NCBI GenBank assembly: GCA_963706045.1
Contig: CAVPLY010000005.1
Coordinates: 8,279 to 72,278 of the forward strand
Direction of reading: 5' to 3'
Source of the DNA: an uncultured Actinomycetota bacterium
GTDB lineage: Bacteria; Actinomycetota; Actinomycetes; JAHEKZ01
Length of the DNA: 64,000 nt
A model generated the notes under the pieces. That model had not been told where the DNA came from. It searched no databases and saw only the letters and a list, made by a program, of their open reading frames with translations. Below are positions 41,911 to 51,093 of the stretch, piece by piece. The position numbers were made by a program, and so were the translations under genes. Positions within the stretch are counted from its first letter, which is position 1, and each line of letters opens with the position of its first letter.

Positions 41911-43340
41911 ATGAGCGCTCAGACGGTAAACACAGTTCCCACTCCAGCGACCTGGCCAGCTCACGACCCGGCCACCTATCGCGTCATCCCCGAGGGCGCC
42001 GCCCCGCTCGACCCGGCACGCGTGGCATCGCTACTCGCGGCCGAATGGGAACGATTCAAGGCACAGACGCCCAACTCCGGTGCTCACCACGCCCGCGCGC
42101 TCGGCTCGCTGCCGCTCGGCGTGCCATCGTCCTTTCAGTACTGGGACCCCTATCCCGTGGCGATCACCAGCGCCAACGGTGCCTGGCTGACCGACGTCGA
42201 CGGCCGCCAGGTACTCGACCTCTCGATGGGCTTCGGCGCCATGCTGGTGGGCCACCTCAACCCCACGGTCGTCGCCGCAGTCGGCAAGGCCCTGGAGACC
42301 GGAACCCTGTTCGTCACCCCGTCACCGTCAGCGACCGAAGCGGCCGAGCGCTTCCAGCGGCGCTTCGGACTCGACAAACTCCGGTTCACCAACTCTGGGA
42401 CCGAAGCCACAATGTACGCAGTCCGCACCGCGCGTGCGTTCACCGAACGCAAGGCGATCATCAAGATCGAGGGCGGCTACCACGGCGGCTACGACGCTCT
42501 GCAGGTCTCGGTGAAACCCGATGTCGCCGACATCGGACCCGAGGAGGCACCTACACCGCAAACACCGTTCGAGGTGGAGGCGGGAACGGTCTACGTCGTT
42601 CCCTACAACAACCTCGCACGCTGGAACAGCTCTTCGCCGAGCACGGTTCCGAGGTTGCCTGCGTCTTCATGGAACCGGTGATGGAAAACATCGGGATCGT
42701 AGTCCCCGACGAGGGTTACCTCGCCAGTGTGCGCGCCATGTGCGATGCCAACGGCGCCCTCCTGGTGTTCGACGAGGTCAAGACCGGCCTCACGGCCGGG
42801 CCTGCCGGAGCCGCGCAACGGCTCGGAGTCACGCCGGATCTGATCTGTCTGGCCAAGAGCATCGGGGGTGGCCTGCCCCTCGCAGCCTTCGGTGGACGCG
42901 AAGAGGTCATGGCCTGCGTGTCCGACGATCGCATGCCGCATTTCGGCACCTACAACGGCAACCCGCTCGTCGTGGCAGCCGCTGTGGCGATCGATGAGAT
43001 CGCCACAGCCGAGGCGCTCTCATCGGCCGAGAAGCTCAATGTCGACGCCCTCGAGGCGATGAACTCGATCATCAACGAGCATGCCCTACCGGCCCACACA
43101 GTGGGCCTGGGCGTCAAGGGTGCGGTCACCTGGTCAACGACCCCAGTGCGCAACTATCGCGACTACAAGCGCACCGACTTCGGTGCCGCCGAGCTCAGTT
43201 GGCTCTGGGGCGTCAACCGCGGCATTCTGACCCCGCCCGGGCTCGACGAGCAGTGGCTGGTGTCGCTGGCTCACACCGCCGACGACATGAACATTCTCGT
43301 CAGCGACTTCCGCGAACTCGCCGAGGCCCTTCGCGGCTGA
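41911..43340 (+). pseudogene. Class III (PLP-dependent) aminotransferase, glutamate-1-semialdehyde aminomutase-like; single frameshift near 42612
   Basis: N-terminal part (FTNSGTEATMYAVRTARAFTERKAIIKIEGGYHG) in ORF 41911..42681. C-terminal part with the PLP lysine region (LLVFDEVKTGLTAGP...CLAKSIGGGLPLAAFGG) in ORF 42045..43340. The junction is ...VYVVPYNNL / EQLFAEHGSEV. Confidence 0.85.
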
Positions 43341-43382
43341 GACTGGACTGAATCGTCGATCTCGAGCGAAAGACGTCAATCC

Positions 43383-44978
43383 ATGACCGACGCCCACCGG
43401 TATGACGCAATCGTTGTCGGAGGCGGCCACAACGGCCTTGTCAACGGCGCCTACCTCGCCAAAGCGGAGATGAACACGCTCATCCTCGAGCAACGTCACC
43501 TCGTGGGGGGCGCCGCTATCACCGAGGAGCTCTACCCCGGCTTCAGCTTCACGACGTTCTCCTACGGGCTGAGTCTGGTCCGACCCGAGGTGATTCGTGA
43601 GCTCGAACTGGTCAAGCACGGATTCAACCCCATCTACATGCCGACGGTATTCGCCCCGATGGAGAACGGCGACTATCTGCTGCTCGGCCCCGACCGGGAC
43701 GAGAACATCCACGAGATCGGGCGGCACTCTCGGCGCGATGCCGACGCCTTCGACCGTTACGAGCACGACCTAGCACGCGTCCTTCAGATGTTGTACCCGC
43801 TGTCCGACCGAGTGCCACCCGACATCTTCGGCAGCACCCCCGAGGACGCCGAGGACGTCGCCTGGCTGCTCGGGCACCTCGGGTCGGCAGACAAGAAGGT
43901 CATCCACGATGCCGTCCGGATCATCACGGGCAGCGTCTCGGACTTCCTGGACGACTACTTCGAGAGCGAGATCGTCAAGGGTTACCTTGCTGCATCCTCC
44001 ACGACGGGCACCAAGGTCGGACCGATGTCAGCGGGCTCGGGTCTGGTCTGGTTGATGCAGATGCTGGGCGAGCACGACGGTCACCTCGGCTCGTGGTCGT
44101 TCCACAAGGGAGGCAACGGCGGGTTCACTCAAGTGCTGGGGCGCGCGGCGCAGTCGTTTGGTGCCGAGATCCTCCTTGACTCGCGCGTTGACCACGTACT
44201 GACCAAGGATGGCAAGGCGGTCGGCGTCGTCCTCACCGACGGAACCGAGTTCCACGCCGACACCGTCGTCAGCGCCCTCGACCCGCGCCAGACGTTCACC
44301 AAGCTTGTCGACCCCCGCGAACTGCCGTCGGACCTGGTCGAGAGCATCGACCGCTACCAGTTCAACGGCACCAGCGCCAAGGTCAACTTCGCGCTCGACG
44401 ATGTACCTCGGTACCCAGCGCTCGGAGACCGCACCGACCAGTACCGCGGCTTCGTCAGCATTGCCCCGTCGATCGAGTACCTCGAGCGCGCCTATGACAC
44501 CTCAAAGTACGGCTGGTACAGCGAGCGTCCGTACCTCGACACCTGCTTTCAGACTTTCCTCGATCCCGATATGGCGCCTCCCGGCAAGCACGTCATGTCG
44601 TGCTTCGTCTCCTACGCGCCGTACCACCTCAAGGGCAGCGACTGGGACACCGAGCGCAACAACCTTGGCGACACGGTGCAAAGCACCATCGAGTCGTTCT
44701 TCCCCGGCTTCGGTGACCTGGTGCTGCACCGAGAGGTCGTCACGCCGCTCGACATCGAGCGGGTCGTCGGGCTCTCCGAAGGCAACATCTACGCCGGCGA
44801 CTACCTACTCCCGCAGCTGTACTTCTTCCGCCCGGCGCCCGGGTGGAGTCAGTACCGCACGCCGATCGAGGGCTACTACCAGTGCGGCTCAGGCACTCAC
44901 CCGGGTGGCTGCGTCACGGGGGCGCCCGGACGCCTGGCAAGCCAGCAGATCCTCAAAGACCGCTCCCTAACGATCTGA
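43383..44978 (+). CDS. FAD/NAD(P)-dependent oxidoreductase, phytoene-desaturase/amine-oxidase superfamily
   Basis: YDAIVVGGGHNGLVNGAYLAKAE is the dinucleotide-binding motif. 531 aa. Start 40 nt after the aminotransferase stop, so a likely operon. Confidence 0.85.
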   Translation: MTDAHRYDAIVVGGGHNGLVNGAYLAKAEMNTLILEQRHLVGGAAITEELYPGFSFTTFSYGLSLVRPEVIRELELVKHGFNPIYMPTVFAPMENGDYLLLGPDRDENIHEIGRHSRRDADAFDRYEHDLARVLQMLYPLSDRVPPDIFGSTPEDAEDVAWLLGHLGSADKKVIHDAVRIITGSVSDFLDDYFESEIVKGYLAASSTTGTKVGPMSAGSGLVWLMQMLGEHDGHLGSWSFHKGGNGGFTQVLGRAAQSFGAEILLDSRVDHVLTKDGKAVGVVLTDGTEFHADTVVSALDPRQTFTKLVDPRELPSDLVESIDRYQFNGTSAKVNFALDDVPRYPALGDRTDQYRGFVSIAPSIEYLERAYDTSKYGWYSERPYLDTCFQTFLDPDMAPPGKHVMSCFVSYAPYHLKGSDWDTERNNLGDTVQSTIESFFPGFGDLVLHREVVTPLDIERVVGLSEGNIYAGDYLLPQLYFFRPAPGWSQYRTPIEGYYQCGSGTHPGGCVTGAPGRLASQQILKDRSLTI

Positions 44979-45003
44979 GTAATCACCGCCTCTGAAGAAC
45001 TAC

Positions 45004-46164
45004 TCAGGATTCGGCGCTATGGGTCGTCGGCGCCTGCAGGTGGCCGCCAGCGTTGAGCGGGTCATGCGCCACGATGCCCGGCAGCTGGTCGTGGAAGAAC
45101 ACCTGCGCCAACAGCTCCTTGCGGGAGCGCGTGTCGGTCTTGGCGAAGATCGCCTTGAGATGGTCCTGCACCGTCCACGGGGAAATGACGAGCCTGTCCG
45201 CGATGGCCGCGGTGTCCAGCCCGCGGGCAACCAGGCTGGCCACCTCCTGCTCCCGCGCGGTGAGACCGAAAGCCTCCAGCCGCAGCGGCACCGCGTACTC
45301 CTCGCCCGCTCGCTGCACGACGATCGCGACCCGTCCGGTCGACGCCTCGTCGGGCAGCGAGCCGTGCAGCGTCAACCACCCATCAGACGTCGGGATGTGC
45401 AACGGCTGGGCGAACCGACCCTCGCGTCCCTGTCGACGTACCTCGGCGGCCAAGGCCAGCGCCGGAACTGGGACGTTTCGTTCGATCGGGTCGTCGCGCA
45501 ACACCGGGGCGAGCAGCGCGGTGGTGGTTGGCGTGGACAGCTCGACGTCGTCGTTGGCGTCAAGGATCAGCAGGCCGGGGGCGCGGTGCTCGTCGTGTCG
45601 TAGGGCGGCGTCGAACCGGTAGGAGTTGCGCAAAGCCTCGGCGATCGGCCGCGACATTCGAGCCATCAGGCGGGCGTCTTGCGCGGTGAAGTCGCCTGTG
45701 TCCTTGGTCCGGTGCATGACGACGCAGCCCCAGGCTCGTCCGCGTGTGACCATCGCCACCCGCATTTCGTATGGAGTCCCGATCGGTTCCAGAAACTCGC
45801 GGTAGCGGGCGCTTCGCTCCGGGCGGCCCCGCGTGGTCTCGCTGAGGATCCCGACGGGGATGCGCCGCGCTGCAAGCACGGCAAACTGGTTAATGTCGTC
45901 GCGCAGGTATTCGCTGGTGACGACGGCCTGGGCTGCCGCCTGTTCGGTCGCCGGCGTGAGGAACCCACCGGTCATCAGCTCCATCGGGTTCGCCGTGGTG
46001 AGCAGCTTGGTCTCGGGGTCGAGGCCGTGCCAGCAGGCGGCGTCGACCGGGAAGGCCCGCCTGATCCGCGCGATCAGTTCTTCGTGGAGCCGTGCGTAAG
46101 GCAGGCCGCGGGTGCCGAGGCGTTCCACGTCGGCTACGAGCCTGTCGCCATCCGAGGGGGACAT
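45004..46164 (-). CDS. LuxR-family transcriptional regulator (N-terminal sensor-like domain plus C-terminal LuxR helix-turn-helix)
   Basis: C-terminal FGLTAREQEVASLVARGLDTAAIADRLVISPWTVQDHLKAIFAKT is a LuxR helix-turn-helix. The first ~173 codons of ORF 45004..46683 look like non-coding sequence, so start is taken at MSPSDGDRLV. Confidence 0.7.
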   Translation of the reverse strand: MSPSDGDRLVADVERLGTRGLPYARLHEELIARIRRAFPVDAACWHGLDPETKLLTTANPMELMTGGFLTPATEQAAAQAVVTSEYLRDDINQFAVLAARRIPVGILSETTRGRPERSARYREFLEPIGTPYEMRVAMVTRGRAWGCVVMHRTKDTGDFTAQDARLMARMSRPIAEALRNSYRFDAALRHDEHRAPGLLILDANDDVELSTPTTTALLAPVLRDDPIERNVPVPALALAAEVRRQGREGRFAQPLHIPTSDGWLTLHGSLPDEASTGRVAIVVQRAGEEYAVPLRLEAFGLTAREQEVASLVARGLDTAAIADRLVISPWTVQDHLKAIFAKTDTRSRKELLAQVFFHDQLPGIVAHDPLNAGGHLQAPTTHSAES

Positions 46165-46308
46165 CCCCCCATAGTGCCCCCGCGCTGACGGATCGGCGCC
46201 CACATGCACGAAAGATCCCAGGCACGGGGGGATGTCTGAGGTGCCTGGCTGCGAGCACCGTGGAGTTGTCGCAAAGGTGCGGCATCGAAACCAACCCGAG
46301 GAGATCCC

Positions 46309-46680
46309 ATGAACACCTCCAGCCCCACGAAGCTCGCAACCCAGACGGTCTGCTTCGCCGCCCCCCTGCTCACCGGCACCACATCGGTGGATCGCGAGGA
46401 GATGCTCTCCTGCTGGACCGGCGTGCGACACGACGAGCACGCCGCCTCCCGCCGGCAGCACGGCATTACCCGCGAGGCGGTATGGATCCAGCCCACGCCG
46501 GGCGGAGACTTCGCATTGGTCCTCCTCGAGTCGGCCGACCTGCCGAGGGCATTGCTCGGCATCGCGACATCGCAAGAGCCGTTCGACGTGTGGTTCCGCG
46601 AGCACCTGAAAACCGTCCACGGCATGGACTTGTCGCAGGGAATGACGCTGCCGGAGACGGTCCTCGACTACCGAGCCTGA
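46309..46680 (+). CDS. Hypothetical protein (about 123 aa)
   Basis: ATG with a GAGGAG Shine-Dalgarno 7 nt upstream. Divergent from the LuxR gene. No recognisable motif. Confidence 0.5.
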   Translation: MNTSSPTKLATQTVCFAAPLLTGTTSVDREEMLSCWTGVRHDEHAASRRQHGITREAVWIQPTPGGDFALVLLESADLPRALLGIATSQEPFDVWFREHLKTVHGMDLSQGMTLPETVLDYRA

Positions 46681-46832
46681 CACTGCATCTGCCTGCCGGC
46701 GTCAGTCGGTCGAAATTCATCGGGCTCCTTGGGGACGAGAGCGGCACAGCGCCCTCAACTACTCAAGGAGCCCGGCGCGAAAGACCTGCTGGGACCTAGG
46801 GCAGCTGAATCCTCACGCAGACACTCGTTCTG

Positions 46833-47031
46833 GGGCGGATGCGAGCAAGAATCCGCCCGTTGGACTTGATCCGCCCCGATCGCGGCCGGGCCCAGCCGGT
46901 TTCCCACAGGAATTCCGAATGTCCCGCCCCGTAGGGCGTGCGTGAAACTCCTGACACCCCCGCTGACCTGAGTGTTCACCGGTACGCGAATGCACCGCGC
47001 AAGCGAACCTGCGCAGATCCGGAAGTGGCGG
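46833..47031 (+). repeat. Copy 1 of a ~190-bp structured intergenic repeat with hairpin core CGCAcGTCC-N10-GGgCGTGCG
   Basis: Modules cttgatccgccccgatc / ggtttcccacaggaattccgaatgtcccgccccgtagggcgtgcgtgaaactcc / ctgacctgagtgttcacc / atccggaagtggcgg. Preceded by an 8-bp-stem hairpin gggcggat-N10-atccgccc. Confidence 0.75.
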
Positions 47032-47271
47032 CTCTCCTACGTGCTGGGTCTGCGACCGCCCTCCATCGACGGCGAGGGCTCTCCTCCCCCGCTCACCTCT
47101 TCAGAGGTCTCATCATCGCGGGCACAGGGACTCTTCCGAGTCCCTGTCGGCGGCCTTTACGACTACTCCTCGAAACCCAGACACCGAACCCAAAGGCACC
47201 CTTCGTGGCGCCGCTTCATCAGGCAGCTGCAAGCGCCGGGCCAACGGGACCGGTTGCGCCGATCGGTGATG

Positions 47272-49263
47272 TCAGGGCAAGGGGCCGACGGGCACCGAAA
47301 CGGCTGCCGCATCCGCTGCGGTGGGTCCGTCGAGACCTGGCACTTGCGGTTCGGGGGGTCGGTGCCAGTTCAAGTACGTCAGGATTACGCCGGTTATGAC
47401 GGTGTATGCCAGCAAGACACCCAGCGATTGCCCTATGCCGTTGCCATTGAAATAGACCGTGTTGCGCAACAGCTCATAGGCGTTGCGGGGAGGTAGAAAC
47501 GGCCCAAGATCTCGCCAGAAATTGGTCAGATACACCGCACCGTTCGACCCACCAGACGACGGATTGCCGAACTGCAGAAAGATGATCACCGTCAGCAGAA
47601 TTCCGGCTGGTCCCAAGAGTCGCCGTAGAACAGCGGCAAACAAGGACACCGTGAGGATGATCAGCGACATGATCGGCCACACGACCCAGAAGGAATCGCT
47701 TGGTATTCCCTGAAGCCAGAAAGTGGCGATGAGGTCAACCACGAGACCGGCAACGACTGCGAACCCGAGGAGCCATTCCCCTCTCCAATGGCCGGAGGCG
47801 GATTTGAATGCATTCGTCAACAACGCCGTGGCCATGTAGCCACCCACGAGCAGGGGAACCAGCAGCGTGGCTAGTACCAACGCAAACGGATCCTTAGGTG
47901 CGAGCGGCGTCGGCACGTAGGACTTGACGGTGATCTGCTCCGACGAAGCCTGGGCTGCCTTCTCGAAGTTCCCGGCAATATCTAGCGGCGCGATGTCGCT
48001 GATCGACGGGACCACGATGAGTTCTCCCGGGGACTCGGTGGCGATGAGAGCTCCATAGATTTCCCCACGATCGATGGCCCCCATCGCGGCCTGCCGGTCC
48101 GGGTACTCCGTAACGTCCAGGGAGAACAGATCGTTCTGCGCCGCATCGACCAGCGGGGAAGACCCAACGCTGCCGAAGGGCATGTCGTCCGCGATTGGTT
48201 CGTGGCCCGAACTCATGTAGTTGAACGCAAAGAGCGCGCTCAGGATCAGCGCCAGGGTCACCGGCGCTACGAGATTCCTCGGAACAAAGCGGCGCCGTCC
48301 CGATCCCGAGCTGGACTCGTCGTCAGCTGGTGCGCCAACGGCGGGTTCGATGGTGACGCGCCTACCCATGAGGACGACAAGCACCACGCCGACAACGGCG
48401 TAGAGGCTCAGCACGAGGATTGGAACAGCGATGCCGTTGCCATCGAAGTAACGGACATTGCGGTAGAGCTCGACGGCGTGCCGTGGCGGGAAGAGGGCGC
48501 CGATGTACTGCCAATACGTGGGGAGCAGTGACACCCCACCGCCGCCGGCGCCCGCACCACCGACCACAACGAAGGCCAACGCCACCACGAGCGTGCCCGC
48601 TTTGCCGAGAACCGCCTGGAGGCCAATCGCCGCGAGGGCAACCGCCGCAGTAACGAGCGCAAAGCAGGGTAGTAGGCCCCACACTGCGCTCGATGGAACC
48701 CCACCTACCGCTCGCGCAGCCACGGCGGTGATCACCGCGACGGCGACCGCAAAGCCAAGAACCACCGAGATGCGACGCCACGCTGACGCAGTCCGGGCGT
48801 AGGGGAAGATCATGGAAGCGATCAGGTATCCGCCAATGAGGGTGGGGAGCAGGAGAAGTCCCACCAGCCCACCCGTTCGGTCCGACGTGGGAAGCGGGGC
48901 TACGACTGTTGTATCGAAGGTTCGGCCCGACTTCTTCGCCGCGTCGGCGAAACCACCGCGCACGAACACTTCGCCGAAGAAGCTTTTGGCTGGGACGGTG
49001 ATGAGGGTGTCGTTGGGTGTTCCCGGGATGTAGCCGCCGTAGATTTCGCCGTCCTCAGCGGCCTGCTTCAGGTCTTCCTCTGATTCGTAAGTGATGAGGT
49101 CCAGGGAGTACTCGGTCTGAACGGCGGTGACGACTGGCGAAGGCCCCGTGACCCCGAATGGCATGTTTCGTGGCGTGAGAAGTTGCAGGGCGCTCACCAG
49201 GCAGATCGCGAAGACGGCGACCAACACCACGACGGTCACTAGCGCCACGATTGGCTTTCTCAC
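47272..49263 (-). CDS. YhgE/Pip-like (ABC-2/DUF3533-type) membrane protein with internal tandem duplication
   Basis: 663 aa. Two about 320-aa halves each with an N-terminal transmembrane helix, a large extracytoplasmic domain and a C-terminal five-helix bundle ending LLPTYWQYIGALFPPRHAVELYRNVRYFDGNGI / AVYLTNFWRDLGPFLPPRNAYELLRNTVYFNGNGI. GTG start with a GGAGGAAG Shine-Dalgarno. Confidence 0.75.
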   Translation of the reverse strand: MRKPIVALVTVVVLVAVFAICLVSALQLLTPRNMPFGVTGPSPVVTAVQTEYSLDLITYESEEDLKQAAEDGEIYGGYIPGTPNDTLITVPAKSFFGEVFVRGGFADAAKKSGRTFDTTVVAPLPTSDRTGGLVGLLLLPTLIGGYLIASMIFPYARTASAWRRISVVLGFAVAVAVITAVAARAVGGVPSSAVWGLLPCFALVTAAVALAAIGLQAVLGKAGTLVVALAFVVVGGAGAGGGGVSLLPTYWQYIGALFPPRHAVELYRNVRYFDGNGIAVPILVLSLYAVVGVVLVVLMGRRVTIEPAVGAPADDESSSGSGRRRFVPRNLVAPVTLALILSALFAFNYMSSGHEPIADDMPFGSVGSSPLVDAAQNDLFSLDVTEYPDRQAAMGAIDRGEIYGALIATESPGELIVVPSISDIAPLDIAGNFEKAAQASSEQITVKSYVPTPLAPKDPFALVLATLLVPLLVGGYMATALLTNAFKSASGHWRGEWLLGFAVVAGLVVDLIATFWLQGIPSDSFWVVWPIMSLIILTVSLFAAVLRRLLGPAGILLTVIIFLQFGNPSSGGSNGAVYLTNFWRDLGPFLPPRNAYELLRNTVYFNGNGIGQSLGVLLAYTVITGVILTYLNWHRPPEPQVPGLDGPTAADAAAVSVPVGPLP

Positions 49264-49369
49264 CGGCTACTTCCTCCACGATCGTTGGCGCTCGGAGTGC
49301 GTCAGACTAGCGTCTTGGACGGCCCTCCGACTGGTGCCTGCTGCTGTTCGGCGTCTGGGTCGGAGTCAT

Positions 49370-49560
49370 TGCCAGCACAACCAGACCGTCATCGTGCTGA
49401 TGGCAGCACTCGCCCAGAACGCTTGGGCACGCCATACCTGGCAGCGGGCCATCGACCGACAACAGTCGCCACCCCAAGTAGCTGCCTAACTCCCCGCCTC
49501 ACAACCTCACTCCACCTGGTTCAGCCGCGCCCACGACCGGGCTCGAGCGCCCGAAATCGC
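49370..49560 (+). mobile_element. Remnant of the 3' end of a DDE-transposase gene plus its downstream flank (IS scar)
   Basis: Encodes ...HNQTVIVLMAALAQNAWARHTWQRAIDRQQSPPQ, about 90% identical at the nucleotide level to 50895-51005. Immediately followed by repeat copy 2. Confidence 0.6.
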
Positions 49561-49574
49561 TCACTGACACTCCA

Positions 49575-49715
49575 CTGAGGGCCAAACCCACAAGGAATGC
49601 CGCACGTCCCGCCCCCGTAGGACATGCGTGAAACTCCGTCAGCCTCACCTGACCTGTGTGTTCATTGGAGCCCGAGGGTGTGGCGGAAGTGGATCGGGTC
49701 AGTTCCGGAAGTGAC
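49575..49715 (+). repeat. Copy 2 of the ~190-bp hairpin repeat; lacks the left about 70 bp
   Basis: ggggccaaacccacaaggaatgccgcacgtcccgcccccgtaggacatgcgtgaaactcc...cacctgacctgtgtgttcattg...ttccggaagtgac. Confidence 0.75.
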
Positions 49716-49973
49716 TCAATCGAAAGAGCCCACGCTGAAGTTTTCTAGGCCCGGCATCTGGCGGCCGATGACATCGTCGCCGCGGCTAAGTTCGAAGACG
49801 CCTGTCCTGAGGTCGAGTGTGAGCTCGTCGTAGAGACCGTATCCTCTAGACAGCTCTGCTGAATCTCTCCGACCTGGCCCACCGGATATCACCAGACCCG
49901 AGGTAGGCACGATGTTGTGGTAGATGGCGTCCCAGTCACCCGCGCTCCTCCCCCGTGAGGAACCAGTCGTCAA
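49716..49973 (-). CDS. Hypothetical small protein (85 aa); could be a gene fragment
   Basis: ORF only. Located between repeat copy 2 and the transposase remnant. No motif recognised. Confidence 0.25.
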   Translation of the reverse strand: MTTGSSRGRSAGDWDAIYHNIVPTSGLVISGGPGRRDSAELSRGYGLYDELTLDLRTGVFELSRGDDVIGRQMPGLENFSVGSFD

Positions 49974-50076
49974 AGCGCACGCTCTGTAAGGTGCGCAGAG
50001 ATCGTTGGCACCAAACTTAAGCCTGACGCGGCCAGATGCTTCGCTGCGCCCGAGCTCAGTGGCCTAGGTTGGGCTC

Positions 50077-50343
50077 GTGAGCAAGAGCGACGCCCAGCGG
50101 GCATTGAGAGAAGCCAACTTCGCCCGTCGTAAGGCGGCCCAGACAGAGCGGGTTCCCAAGCGAACGGCAGAGGCGAAACATTCCCCCGCCGGCGAACCTG
50201 AAAGAGCACAGGCCACTAGGCCCTCAGCGGTCAAGACGCCATCGACAAGCGCGACCGAACCCCTTTGCGGTCACCGCAACATGGGGGGCAAGAAATGTAG
50301 TCGCCCCGCTGGCCACGCGGAGAAGAACCATCGCTACAAATAG
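50077..50343 (+). CDS. Hypothetical small basic protein with a C-terminal Cys/His cluster (CGHRNMGGKKCSRPAGHAEKNH)
   Basis: 88-aa ORF upstream of the transposase fragment. Possibly a zinc-ribbon remnant of the same disrupted IS. Confidence 0.3.
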   Translation: MSKSDAQRALREANFARRKAAQTERVPKRTAEAKHSPAGEPERAQATRPSAVKTPSTSATEPLCGHRNMGGKKCSRPAGHAEKNHRYK

Positions 50344-50446
50344 CGACGTCCCAACAACATCCCGAGCCGACAGTCGGGGGTCGGGGCGGGAAACCGTTTG
50401 GCACATCTTCCCCGCTCGCCGCAAGAGCAAAGAACGAGGCGGCATC

Positions 50447-51007
50447 GTGATCAGCAAGTACGGCCACGCCGCCACCCAGCTCCCGCCAAGCCGAACACGC
50501 GCAGCGTGGATAGAAGAATGCGGAGGGCACGTCCTCTACGCGGCCGGCGGGACGATCTACGAGCGCGTCGTGACCGCCGACGGAAGCCTCGACTTCGTCG
50601 AAGTCACCCGCCACCAGACCAAACGAGACCGCAAGGCTGATGGGAACTGGGCGTTCTACGCCCGGCACACCCTGACCTGCCGATCTACCGGCGACCTGCA
50701 CGACTGGTGGGAGCCGCTCACCCCGACCCAGACGGACGAGGCACACAAGTTCAATCGCAGCGACTACCTGCGCGTCCTGCCCCCGACCGACCCCGACTAC
50801 AGCCGCGTCTACGGCATGCGGGCTGACACCGAGTCGCTGAACGCGCAGTTTGAGCGCGCCTTCTACAACCGAAGGCTCCCGGCCTGGGGCCTCCACAACC
50901 AGACGGTCATCGTGCTCATGGCAGCACTCGCCCAGAACGCCTGGGCCCGTCACACCTGGCAACGGGCGATCGACCGACAACAGTCACCGCCACAAGCAGC
51001 TGCCTGA
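50447..51007 (+). mobile_element. DDE transposase C-terminal fragment (IS pseudogene; IS4/ISAs1- or IS256-like C-terminal motif, family uncertain)
   Basis: YSRVYGMRADTESLNAQFERAFYNRRLPAWGLHNQTVIVLMAALAQNAW resembles transposase C-terminal Y-R-E / ESLN...LxxL signatures. There is no N-terminal HTH or DDE domain, so it is truncated. Confidence 0.55.
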
Positions 51008-51093
51008 CCCCCCCACTTCACACCGAAGCCAAACCGGGCTCAACCACGTCCCCACACCGATCCACAGTCACAAAATCGTTCCCTGACAGCCCC

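Noticed and set aside
40311-46090. The 37-bp direct repeats as attL/attR of an integrated element
   Set aside because: Homology decays gradually beyond the 37 bp rather than ending sharply. No integrase is present. One copy is embedded in an IS scar. A diverged duplication remnant is more likely than a site-specific att pair.
46165-46683. First 173 codons of the LuxR ORF 45004..46683
   Set aside because: The composition is non-protein-like. It overlaps the divergent gene 46309..46680, which has a strong Shine-Dalgarno. The regulator most likely starts at the internal Met at 46164.
50398-50640. ORF 50398..50640 and other short ORFs overlapping the repeat copies (for example 51216..51416 and 52170..52370)
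   Set aside because: They lie across non-coding repeat sequence, are Arg-rich, and lack a ribosome-binding site. They are likely spurious.
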